The notes under the pieces: generated by a model
Told to the model about the DNA's origin: nothing
Databases searched by the model: none
Seen by the model: only the letters and a program-made list of their open reading frames with translations
NCBI GenBank assembly: GCA_003990765.1
Contig: RBNJ01000217.1
Coordinates: forward strand, 1 to 36,471
DNA from: Jimgerdemannia flammicorona
Lineage: Eukaryota
DNA: 36,471 bases
Reading direction: 5' to 3'
Made by a program: the position numbers and the translations under genes
Shown here: positions 20,113 to 32,289 of the stretch, one piece after another
How the letters are laid out: every line of letters begins with the position of its first letter
Position numbering within the stretch: position 1 is the stretch's first letter

Positions 20113-23100
20113 ATGGCCGAGAAATCCGACAGCGGTTTTAGTCTCAAGGACGACATCGCTTCCATCTGGAAAGACTCGACTTACCACGATGTTACCATTG
20201 TCTGCGCTGACGGCGTTGAGCTAGGCGCATGCCGTGCCATACTTGCTTCAAGGTTTGTTCGATTTTCGATTCTCTCACGTACTTTGTAGCTTTCTATGCC
20301 ACTTTACATATCCCTTATTCATGTTATTTCTTAAAAGATGCCCGGTCTTCAAGGCGATGCTGTACGGAAACATGCGTGAAGGTTCCTCTCATCGCGTCAT
20401 CCTCAACGACATCACCTCCACGGTGTTCAACATCGTCCTCGGGTTCATTCACACCGAGACCATCGACAACACTGCCAACATTTCCTTCACGGTAGGAATA
20501 TACTGCGCGGCAAGCTTTCTCCTACTCCAGAAGCTCATGAACATGGTGCTGGAACGCGCGCATGACCTCGCTAGTTCTGGTGTCGCCTCATCGCTTCTCA
20601 ACGAAGCTGTCGCCGCCATCCCCTGGAGCGAAGCCAACAAGGACCTCTACGACGTGCTCCTCAACCCCTTTCGCACTCATAAACTTGCCATAGGTGAGCT
20701 GTCCAACCTATCCGAAGAGTCCCTCGAGCTGCTCCTCACCGAGAGAGCCACTCTTTCCACACCCGAGCATGACTTATTGATGTGCGTCGTTCACTGGTTT
20801 TGGCGACGCAACGAGAACACGCCGTCTGCTTCGGAGCGCCGCGCAGTTCTGCATGACGTTAACGATATGGTTGCGGGACGCGCTGGCACGGTCCGGCTAG
20901 GAAACGGCGCATCGCACGCCTTGATGCTCAAAATGATGAGCCACTTCGACCTCACGCTTGTTTGCCCGCATCGACTTAAGGCCTTTACGGAGACAGTTGA
21001 CACGTTTGCGGAAACTTCTCCACACTACATGGCGTTTTGCCATCAAGCCTGCAAGAACACCGTATGCCCTACGCGTCAGATACTACCTGATCTAGATCAC
21101 GACGTTGAAGATTTTCAAATCTTCCACTGGAAAATCGAAAGTTGGCGTGCTCTGACTGGTAGGATTCTTAGCCCAGAATTTGAGGCAGGTGGTTGGAAAT
21201 GGTATGCATGCTTTACCTCCCTATGTATTCGCACTCGAAGTATCAGACGAAACTTTGCATACTCAACTGGGGTTTCAACCGTTTATCCCGCAAATGTAGG
21301 AATATTCTGCTCTTCCCTCTTGGTAACAACCAGAAAGAGAGTACCTCCATATATCTTCAACTCGCTGACCCCGGGCCGGCTGAGCATGGAAAGTATTCGT
21401 GCGCTCAGTTCGCGTTAGTGATGTCTAGCCCGTTCGATCCCACCCAATGGGAGCATCACAATTCTCACCAACGATTTTGTGCCGACGAGCTCGACTGGGG
21501 TTTCACCCGATTCTACAATATCAACAAGTTGTTTCAGCCAAATGACGGGCGCTCGCACGCCTTGATTGATGATGACCAGACTGTCGTTTCTGCTTTCGTG
21601 CGGGTCGTGAAAGACCCCACTGGGGTACTGTGGCATAACTTTATTAAGTGAGTGTGCCATGGGAAAATGTAACGAATCCATTCCTTGCGATAGTAAATGT
21701 AGCTCATTTCATTTTTTTTTTTACCATCTTTTTACCTAGCTACGACTCCAAGAAGGTCACTGGTTTTGTCGGTCTCAAAAACCGGGGAGCGACTAGTTAC
21801 TTGAACACGGCCGTGCAATGTTTTTATATGATAAAATATTTTCGTAGATCCGTCTACAAAATCCCAACGGAATCCGATGTATCCACCAAGAGCGTTGCCT
21901 TGGCACTACAGCGCGTGTTTTATAATCTCCAGTTCTCGGAAGTAGCTATTGGTAGGTAGGCGCTAGGATGCCAAGTACAGGAAAGAGCGTTGGAAAGTCA
22001 GTTAGTATCATTTAAATGTAGGGGGAAATTTTGAATCCGGTCTGCTGTTTGGCTAACGAAGAACGATTCGGGCATGCGTCATGTATGATTAGACACAACG
22101 GAGTTGACAGGGAGTTTCGGATGGGACTCTCTCGACACATCCATGGAGCACGACTTTCTGCTGTTTAACCGTATTTTACAAGAAAATCTGAAGTCGAAAA
22201 TGAAGGTGTGTAGTAAATGCTAGGTTATTTAGCAAGTCGACATCAGGTTTTATGCTACAATGCGTCAATGCGACGAGACTCCTGCCATTTTTAGAACACG
22301 GCCGGCAATGGCGACATGAAGAAACTATTCGTCGGCAAAATGAAGACTTATGGAAAAGGAATAAGCATCGATTACGAGTTCTCGCGCGTGGAAGATTATT
22401 ATGGTAACCTAGGAAAGCACTTTTTTCGAATCGCTGACGCAGACGAATATTGATTCTTGGCTTCTTTTGATTTCGCAATAAATTAGACATTCTTCTCGAC
22501 GTAAAGGGATGCAAAAACCTCTATGAATCTTTCGTGAAGTTTGTGGCTGAGTTCGTGGAGAAGCAACAGATCGGAGGCCACGGTTTGCAAAACGTCAAGA
22601 GAAGTGTCTATTTAGAGAGCTTCCCGTCTGTGCTATATGTACAACTGAAGCGGGTTGAGTATGATATTTCAAGGGATACTATGGTCAAGGTGGGTTCATG
22701 GTATGGTTGCCCCTGCATAATAGATGCTTAGTCTCGAATTCTGAAAAGAATTAACCATGCCATCGGTGCTTAGATTAAAGACCGCCATGAGTTTCCACCT
22801 GAGATCAACCTCGAGGAGTTTCTTTCTCCGACCGCCGACAGAAGCAAACCGCACAAATATCTCCTTCATGGGTAAGAGTGCTTGATCAGAAAACTGACAG
22901 TCAATTACAGCACCCCACATAATGTTTGCAGTGTAAAATTTTGCTGACATATTGCTTTTTTGTATACAGCGTCATAGCACATAGCAGTGGTCTTGACGGT
23001 GGTCATTATTTTGCTTTTCTGAAGCCTGAAAAGAATAACAAGTGGTTCAAGTACGACGATGAGCGTGTTACCCCTGTAACGAACCGTGAGGTGTTTGAGG

Positions 23101-24618
23101 AAAACTATGGGGGCGAGGCACCCAACGCCGAAGTGGAGGCGAACAAAAGCTTCACGAGCGCGTACGCCCTTGTGTATATTCGTGAGTCCGATGTCGACGA
23201 GATGCTCGCATCGATGTCACCTGGTGATATTCCACCCCATATAAGTGCGTATCATTTTATTATTATTTTGATTGGTTTTTTTTTGTCCGGAGAGCCTGAT
23301 CAAACAGCAATGATATAGAAAAACACATATGGGTGTCGCATTACGGAACACTTATTAAAAACTGTGTGTTCCACGATTTACTATAGAAACGCATCTTGAC
23401 GAGGAGAAGGAACAAAATAAAATGCATCTGACTGCTAAGGTGAGCTGCGTTCGCCAGTTGTCGTGTAACTTACGGTTTTTCTACTACAATATCTATTATA
23501 TGTGCGATCATTTACTCCAGATCGTAACGGACGAAATATTCAAGGTGCATCAAGGTTACGATCTGGCAAATTTCGACGATAAGACAAAGCAGTCAGAAAT
23601 ACCGTCCTTCCGCGTAAAGAAGGATGAGTCCTTTGCAGTATTCAGGCTATTAGTCGCAGACCATTTCCAGATTCCAGTCAACAGATTTAGATTATGGATT
23701 CTTATCAAACGACAAAATCGGACGGTCAGGCCTTACAAACCAATCCCGGAGACTGAAGCCAAATCGTGTGTGTGTCGGAATATTTATTTTATTCTATTTT
23801 ATTTTTTATTTTTCCACTAAATGAAGGCGGATGTTGGACATTGGTTTCAGGTATATCCTTTAAGATGCCAGTACTAACCTAGTTGTTAAATAACTGATTT
23901 GTAGCAATGATAGCCATAAAAGACAAAATGGGTGATGGGAGCACCCTGCAACTCTATCTGGATGTGGCTGACAACCCGGCTAACGACCAACTCTGGCCTC
24001 CGCACGCATATTCGATGGTCTTTCTCAAGTACTTTGACCCGAAGACACAGAAAGTCGAGTTTGTAGAGCTATTTATATTATGATGTTGCTGTTTTGTTAT
24101 AATCGTACCAAACCACGTAAGCCGATGTCGCCTTGTATATGTGTGTAATAGGGGTTGTGGCAAGCTATATGTGCAGCCGAACAGGAATGTTTGCGATATC
24201 ATCCCAATTTTAAACAATAGGAAGGGGTTCCCGTTGGATACTATGCTGATATTGTTTGAGGTAGGCTAATAAATACTACATGTTGACGTTTTTATATTTT
24301 TATATATAAGACGAGCCTGCAGTGGTCAAGCAATTTATATCTTACAAATTGAATGTTAAAGGAAGTTAAATTTAGTGGGATTGACGTCATGACGACAACA
24401 GCGACATTCCAGCAGTCCGAAATTCAAGATGGAGACATCATTTGTTTCCAGAAGGAGATTTCTGATAGAGAGTAAGTATCATAAAATCCAATGGAATTCC
24501 GTTTTCCGTTTTGCTTAATGTAATTGTCCTTCAAAATCATATCAGGGCTGCCGAATACCGGTCGCAAGGTTACGCGGCCACCGTAATCGAATTCTTCGAG
24601 CAACTCGTCAAACAATAA
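20113..24618 (+). CDS. BTB/POZ-BACK-MATH-USP(inactive)-UBL1-UBL2 fusion protein, USP7/Ubp15-derived, 15 exons, 1035 aa
   Basis: Exons 20113-20252, 20338-21201, 21300-21647, 21740-21951, 22093-22205, 22295-22403, 22487-22689, 22774-22871, 22970-23244, 23387-23439, 23521-23767, 23905-24058, 24152-24260, 24362-24471, 24546-24618. All introns are GT-AG, phases are consistent, and the 3108 nt are stop-free until TAA. BTB: DSTYHDVTIVCADG..ACRAILASRCPVFKAMLYGNMRE. BACK-like: LSNLSEESLELLL..PEHDLLMCVVHW. MATH: FHWKIESW..GGWKWNILLFP..DWGFTRF. Ubp15 signature WHNFINYDSKKVTGFVGLKN; His box GGHY..YDD; UBL2 DGDIICFQK. Confidence 0.9.
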
Positions 24619-26129
24619 GTATGGAAATGGAGACAGGAACGATGTAGCGATAAACCATTTGGAAAACGACATAGTTTTCCATATTGGGGATGCTAGCCTA
24701 CGGGATCATCATTGGTCTAATTGCGAATAAAGTTTTGATTTAAATGATGATGAGAAGCAATTTCGGTCATTCCAAACTAATAAGAGTCTGTTTAGGAATA
24801 TGTTGGGGGTCGATTCAGAATTCCTAGTATCCAGCATAAATGCAACTGCATTTCCAAAATATAATCACTGATTTTGAGTCTTATCATTCCGGTAATCGCG
24901 GATGTTCTGTTTACCTGTTCACCTGCAACCTGGGCCGACGTGAAAGCTCCTCCGCACGTCATCATAATCATTTCATATGAAAGAATATGTGTATCTACAA
25001 GGTATATTTAACATTGGAGTGCTAATTCGGATTGAACTGTCATTCTAGTTGCACACGCGGCCGGATTAGAATGGACAAGGGTTTCAGTCGAAAAGAATTG
25101 CACATTCTCTTACCTCTCCTTCAGCCGTCTGGTTACTAGCATATTTGGGGTCACCATTATTACAGGAATTGGATGGGTTATTTGTGCGAGGTGAATATTG
25201 TTGGAATAGAGGGTTGTAATAAACATATATTATATTTATGGAAACTACTGTTCCAACACAAGTTGACCATGTATTTATTGTATATATCGAAGTGCATGCA
25301 CCAAATCCTGCACTTACATTCAAATTACTAACAGTTCCAAATATATTCTGGTCAGTATTATTGTCGTTCTGCCTTTTTTTTTTTTCTGAGGGAGGGGGGG
25401 GTATTAGTCAACGCCTATCCAGCAGGAAGGAATGGTGCACAATTGCAAGTTGAAAGATGTATAATGGGAAGCGGGCAGGCTGTTGACTCAGAGGGGCTGA
25501 CAGATAGAAACGGTTTGCGTGTGTGCGAATTGCAAAAATTCGTTGGCGACAAAAATCCGTAGTTGATGTTTTACGGTTTACGGAAGGCTACTCTTAAACC
25601 AGACGCCTCTGAACGCGCGCTACAGCACGCCGCCAGGACCTTACTAATTGACAGAATAAATAATAGTCAACGGGAGGGAACGTGGGATATGAAAAAGTAT
25701 TAAAATTGGATAATATAAAGCAAGCCGGAGTAATCATGTTAGCGCATGCACTCATTTGCTAGTTAAGTGTGCTATAGGATTGGGTTCAAATTTATGGTGT
25801 AAATCCAATGACTCAGGTATAGTAGACACGCCGCGCAATTAAAATACTCTAAATCACATCCATATGTGGTATAAAAAAATTAAAAGGAAAAACACCCCAC
25901 TCGAAGTCGATTTATCCCAGGTATTGTTAGAAAGTGCATTATCCGTATGTACGCTACCTCACGATAAAATACTGACGATGCCATTTGACCCGATCAGTTA
26001 GATCATTGTAACAACAAGGATAAATGGGGAGCTCTTATCAGGCATATCAATTTACACTATCAAATATTGACAATGAAAAAATTTTAGAGAAGATTCTGGT
26101 TGTACTGTTCATGGGAAAAAAATAGTGTA

Positions 26130-27955
26130 TGAGGGTAGCAACCAACCTACAGCTCTATGCTCACTGTATTGCCAGCTACATCTAAGTTTCTTTCAACTAC
26201 CAGTTCATCCTTCACCTCCTATTGAGCATTCAGTGTCACCAGTATCTTCAGAAAGTCCTCTCCATCCTACTCCTCTATTGTTATCCAATACTCCTTATAT
26301 ATTACTTACCATTTTTACAGACCCTTCCTTTCTTACAGATATATTATATACTCATCTGTAATCTCTAGCAAAGTGGTCTCTCTGTACTCATCTACTTCAT
26401 ACTCCTAGAGCTATCATCAATATGTCCTACAGCTTATATGCTACTCTCTCTCTCCTAAACAGTCTCTCAGTACACATCACTGCTCACCCTGAAGTCAAAC
26501 CCCCAAACTCATTGGTCACTATATTCATTAGTATTGTCTGAGCTATTATATACTATCAACTTCCTTCTCCCCTGGGTCTGCCAACTGCTCCCCCATCCCC
26601 TGACCCCCCACAGTACTTGTCTCTATTGACTTATTCCAGAACTCCTCAGACATATTCTGTAACTTAAGCTTTAGATCTACATTTAGGACCCCATATACTC
26701 CTGGAGCCACAGCCTTCTCCCAGTTCTTCTTAACTACAGCACTTCCCCCCTAGACTACCTCCTCTACTGGACCACTACTTCTTAGTCCTGCTCTCTCTCC
26801 AGCCCAGGCACTGGCCATTATCTCTATCTCTTCAGTATCTACAGCAACCTTCAGCCCCCCCTCCAAGTCTGCCAAGAGATTCTTCTTCCTTTATCTCCCC
26901 TGAGCCTTTTTCTACATAGCTCAGTCTAGTTACACTCTCTTGTTATTAATAATCTCTACAACTACCCTAGTCTCATACTTCTTTCAGACCACTCTATACT
27001 ACTCTACCACTTCTGTGAGATCCTTCAGAGCCTCTAATAAGTTCTTTTTCTCCTCTAGAGTTCTCTTTACTCTTGATACCTTATACTCAACAGAGCTCTA
27101 CTTCAATGCTGCTGATCAGTTCCTTGCCTTCTCTATGTTCTTCTTTTCAGCCAACTATCCTCTAATATCTATATTACTTATCTAAACTCTATCTCTTCCC
27201 ACACTCATAAGCTAATATTTACTATATCTCTATACTCCTTTACTATACCTACAATCAGCTTCCTCACCTCTTCCCTCCTTACTATAAGAATATTTATTAC
27301 TACTAGCTGAACCATCTGAGGGTCTTATCTCAAACATCTTACTATTAGGACCACTATCTCTCCAACTACCACCTTCTTCTTCAGTATCTCCAGTATGAGT
27401 TCCTCCTCTTCAAATCTCACTTTCATCCCTTTCAGCTCTTATAAAAACTTCACTAAGACTGCTCTCTTCATCTGTTAGATCAGTAGTCCCAGAACTAACT
27501 TTGCTATAACTGTCAAGCTCCTGAAGCACAAGATGACCATAAATTCTGATATTGATTTCTTGAGTAATGGTGCTATCATTAGGCCTATTATACTATTTGC
27601 CAAATCACTAAGCCTTGTAATACTCATTAACTCAGTCCTCTTATTAGCTATTATATCTGAATTTTTTTCCAGATTAGCTATTATACTACTATCAGCAGTC
27701 TTTTTTCTCTCTCTAGCTACTACTTTATCAGTACTAGTATCATCTCAGCTCTCTAGAGCAGCTCCTTTAGACTTTATGACAGCTGCCTTTCTCTTCTCTT
27801 TCTTCAGCTATCTATTTAGTTCTACAGATATATTCCCAGTCTTAATCTTATTAGCAAAACTCATTCTCCCTATCTCCAGCCCCTCTCTTTCTAATCTTTC
27901 ACTACTTTTGGCTCTATCTCTACTCACATGAGAGTCTACAGAGCTCTCCCCCATA
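26130..27955 (-). mobile_element. Degenerate non-LTR (LINE-like) ORF1 remnant; ORF2 not seen
   Basis: CpG-depleted, purine-rich minus strand with one long frame carrying few stops (MGESS..MSFANKIK..KVRFEEEELILEILKKKVVVGE..VQLVVINI). The SFA and RRM-like pattern is typical of L1/Tx1-type ORF1. Decayed knuckle ..RDHFARD(Y) at ~26357-26400. Confidence 0.5.
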
Positions 27956-28049
27956 CTGTATTCCCTCTCTATATACTGTCAGTTGAATGTATTAGAGCTC
28001 TCCTGCTCAGTACACTTCTCTAAGTTTTGAGTCAACAATATATTACTAG

Positions 28050-31000
28050 TGTATTTTTCTAAAAAACTATATTGAAAGTATTAAGAATTTATTATATAAA
28101 CTGAGTAATAGCTGAGAAAGGTTACTTAAATAAATTATCATCATTATCCTTGAATATATTCAGTTCTCTATATATACTTAAGACTGTTATAACTAAAGCT
28201 ATTACTTATAATATATTCCTTAATACTAACTGAATGAAGAAGATGAATACTATTATTGACATTAGTCAATAAGTACTCAAATTCAACTATAGAGAAAAGA
28301 AGTATCAAATTAAGATAAAATCTAAAAAGAAGAAAAAGGTCACTATTCTAGAAAAGAATATTAATAGTAAAGAATCTATTATAAATAAGAATGAGAAATC
28401 TAAAATAACAATAACCTAAGAGTTTATCTATATATCAACCTAATGGATGATAGATCAAAAAACAATATATAGACTTAAGATATTATTCTATCACAATCAG
28501 AATTATTGCTAGACAAATCAAAATATATCCTATCTATCTCAAAAGAAATAAATATTTTGAATATTTCTCAAAAATTATTAAGATAAGGAAATTATCTGCT
28601 AAAGTATATCTAGAATTTTGAGAAAAAGAGAAGTAGTATTCTTACAAAATATCTAACTCTATATATAACTGAAGCTGTAGAAATATAAGCAATCTGGGAC
28701 TAAGAAATAGTAGATAAAGAAATCTCTAAACTTGAAGAACTTTATCAACTAGTTCTCTGAGATAATTTCTACTAAATACTATCAGAAGATAAAAATAATA
28801 TACTCTAGAATAATAAAGCAGAACCAAGTATAGTAGTCATTGTTCTAAGATAAAAAATAAACCAGAAAAGAATTTTTTAGCTAAAAGGATATCAGTACTA
28901 AGTGGTCTTTATTTATCTTAAGTCTATTACTACTATAATATATACATATATCAGCTCAATAGAGATAAATTACAAGATTAAAGCTACTATATAGATTGAT
29001 ATAAGCCCCTAGTTATTTTGTCAAAAAGTAATAAAATGTTTAATAGTTTCTCTGTTTCATGTAATATAGACAATTCAGATAATTTTCTTATTAGAATAAG
29101 TTCTTTGGTATAGCAGTAATTTGATAATTTCAGTAGGTTTCTTCTTAAGTAAGTTGTATAGTGAGAGCTATTTTCTTATATATGTGATTTCTGTATAATG
29201 ATCTCTATATAACTATTTTCTTATGTGATTTCTATATAACAATCTTACATTATATAGACAATTTGGTAGACTTTCTTATTATACATATTTCTTAAAGATA
29301 GTAACTTTTTTTAAATAGCAGATTTGACAGATAACTCAGTTGATATAGATTCTTTCTGAATTGGTAAACTTCTGGCTTTGTCTGGCAAATATACTAAAAT
29401 ATAGCTAACTTCTCAAAGTTATATTAAAGATTCCTTCATTTATATAAATAGATTTACTATAAAGGTATATCTTATACTAAATTAGCTTTAAGTGGTAAAT
29501 TTCTTTATATTAGATAGTAAACTGGAGTAGAAAAGAAATAAAGCTTACAATTTTCTAGAAGTGGCTTTAGAGTAGACATTTCTTCTAAATATTGCAATTC
29601 TTCTTAGATCAATTGTCTCTTAATAGGCATATCTCTTAAAGTGTAATAGATAAACTTATCTTTACTTTTCTTTAACTTTTTAGACTGAGGTTTATTCACT
29701 CTTATATCTAGGGTATTTTATATAGCTGTGATTGCTATCTGATTACTTATAGCTAACTATAAAATATACAGTAATATTATTTAGAAAAGAGAGTAACTAG
29801 TTATATCCACTAAGTATAAATATATCTAGTAGGCTCAGATATATCTGATAGATATAGTTGTATCTGATAGGCATAAATATAACCTTAGAATATAAATCAA
29901 TAAATCTGATTTGGTATCTTTGGCTAATTATATAAGTAGTAGTATATATATATAGATAACTAGATATAAATATGTAATTTATACTATGTTAAGTATTTAC
30001 ATCATCTGGCTATACTATGTTATTTACTTATATCAGCCTCTACTAAAGGATAGTCTGTCTCTAGACTATCCTTTAGTTATTATTATAGTATTTATAAATA
30101 GCTTCTGTATCTATATCTGTACCATCATCTTCTATAGTATCAGAATTACTCTATTTTAGAGACTCTTCTTTATCTTTAGGAAACAGGACTTCAATATAAT
30201 TGATAATACTTAGGTTAGTAGATAGAGTCATTCTTTAGAAGTTATTTAGAGAGAACTGAGCCTGGGTTAATACTATAATATTTTATTTTTAGATTATATA
30301 GAGTCTGTTTATAGCAATAGTAAATCTTCAGGACAGACTAGTGATATTACAGATATAAGCCTGTTCTGGGACTAATAGGGCTTATAGTAGTTAGTCAATT
30401 GTATAGTAGGCCTGCAGTTAGTGGATATATAGTAGATATTCTGTCAAAGTGAAGTTTTTATAATATATCTAGATATATTGAAGGTGGGTTCTATTGGTTC
30501 CTTAAAACTGAGATAAGGAGACTAGTAGAACTTAGAAAGAACTGAGGATAAGAGCCTGGAGACACTGATCAATTCTCTGGATCATTGTATAGATAGTAAC
30601 ACTATATACCTAAATAGATATGAATAAAAGTTGGCCAAGAGAGTCTACCTGATCTTCAGACATACATATATCCTGGACTATTCCCAACTTAGAATATATC
30701 AAGATTTCAGATATTTAAGAACTAACAAGCTGCTTTATAGACCATCTTGAAGAAATGGTTGCAAAAGAAGTCCAGTCTACTATTACAGTCAAGAGCAATG
30801 AGGTTCAAGACCTTTGAAATCTCATCCTAAAAGATAACTCAGATCAGTTTCTTTAAGATCTGATTGCATTATTCTAAGATTCTCCTCTAAGAGTCCACTA
30901 CTCTCAGAATTCTACAGATATACTCTACTTTGTGGATAATAACACTATTAGTTAGAGATCTCAAGAACTAGAGCAGAGTAAACTGCTTATTTTATAAGAA

Positions 31001-31170
31001 GAAGACCTTGACAACCTTCTGAAAGAGCATATAAGCCCTCTTTTTCATCTACAGAACCCACCACTAACCTCAGCACAACTGTAGAGGATACAGAAAATGA
31101 TTTGGCCAGACTCCCTAAAGAAAATGAGAAGAAAGATGAGAATAATATAATTTTAATTATATTGAACTTC
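28050..31170 (+). mobile_element. Heavily decayed, partly deleted gypsy fragments (protease C-terminus; 3' extra-ORF motif)
   Basis: VITKAITYNIFLNTN*MKKMNTIIDISQ (~28185-28270) matches the protease tail of the 7545-14258 element (VTNATNYDILISNQWLHKARAVINL). LAKRVYLIF motif at 30631. Confidence 0.5.
29060..30035 (-). repeat. Decayed long LTR, minus orientation, related to the 736-2070 family
   Basis: TGTAAT at 29060 and ATCA at 30035. 29683-29765 is the reverse-complement homologue of the LTR core (TAGTTAGC..CAGATAGC..TATAAA..AGAGTGAATAAACCTCAGTC). No matching TSD seen. Confidence 0.55.
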
Positions 31171-31173
31171 AAG

Positions 31174-32050
31174 TTGTATAAGGATAGCTCTACTAGCTAA
31201 ATTTGAGTAAGTTAGTTAGTTGCACAAATAGTGACTATCTATTAACTAGCCATATTTATAATAAATATAAAATTGCTCTTATTAAGCTAGTTAGTCACTT
31301 AATTTTCAAAAGCATACTAAATAGTATCTTCTAGTAATTGTGAGTTACAACTAATTATATAGTCTCATATATAGCCTGAAATTTATATAAATACTTCCTT
31401 GATTTGTAATGAATAAACCTCAATTAGCTTGAGTTTAAAGTAAAAAGAATTACAGAAAAACCCACTGCCTCTAAGAGGCAAAAATAATTCTAAGTAATAA
31501 ACAAGATAACTAGAGCAATGATCACTTGAGATTTGAGTTTGGAGAATTTCTCTTGCTATAGACTACTATAGAAATATTAAAATCAAGACCACATATTCAA
31601 GATATAAGATAGTTAGTTGAAGTTTGAAGTAAAAAGAATTACAGAGAAATATACTACTTTTAAGAAAATAAATGATTCTAGAGATCAGCTCAGAGATTGA
31701 GAAGACAAATTACTCTTACTATTTGAAATTATCCAAAAACTGCCACCAGTAATGAAATTCACCAAGTAAGGAAATTCTACTATGGAAAATATCAGAATAC
31801 TGTCAGAAACTCAAGATATAAGTCAAGACTGCTTCATTTAAGATATGAGTCAATTGCCAGTTAATGTCACTTTGGAAAATTATTATAAAACTTCAGTCAG
31901 TTAAAATGCTACTATAGTTAAGCAAGGAAATGACTACCAAAACTGAGGAAATATTAGAATACTACTAGAAAACATAGAGAATCTGCAAAACTCACCAGAA
32001 AACTTAGCCAAGAATACCAGAATAATCATCAATATATCAGAATCTGTAAT
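31174..32050 (+). repeat. LTR-like segment (boundaries approximate)
   Basis: Has the LTR core TATAAATAC..TGAATAAACCTCA (31386-31421) and an internal ~60-bp duplication (AAGTAAAAAGAATTACAGA at ~31437 and ~31627). Confidence 0.35.
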
Positions 32051-32289
32051 ATATATTCTTTCACCTTTACTATTCTGAATGTCTAGTTATATGATCAATG
32101 ACTTAAGACATATGAAGTCTAACTTAATACAAACTTTAACAATATGCAAACTCCAACTTGATATGAGAAATACAAATAAATCAAACAGTAGTTGAACTAA
32201 ATATTGAGTAAGAATATTGTTAAAGATAAAGAGATATATAGTATATAAATAACTAGTAGTATATTGAGCCATATAATTCAGCAAATAAT

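Noticed and set aside
20234..21418. 394-aa ORF as a stand-alone gene
   Set aside because: It starts in intron 1 and reads through intron 2; it is exon 2 of the spliced gene.
21822..21824. Nearby Cys (AVQC) as a substitute nucleophile
   Set aside because: It lies eight residues downstream along the Cys-box helix, at the position of a non-catalytic residue, and is unlikely to reach the His.
24620..26120. Short ORFs or an ncRNA downstream of the gene
   Set aside because: No recognisable coding, tRNA or rRNA features; treated as 3' UTR and intergenic DNA.
28800..29035. Possible second dUTPase relic after the + strand protease (FLAKRISVLSG..YQLNRDK)
   Set aside because: The position fits but the motifs are too decayed to support a call; needs profile alignment to the 11215-11630 domain.
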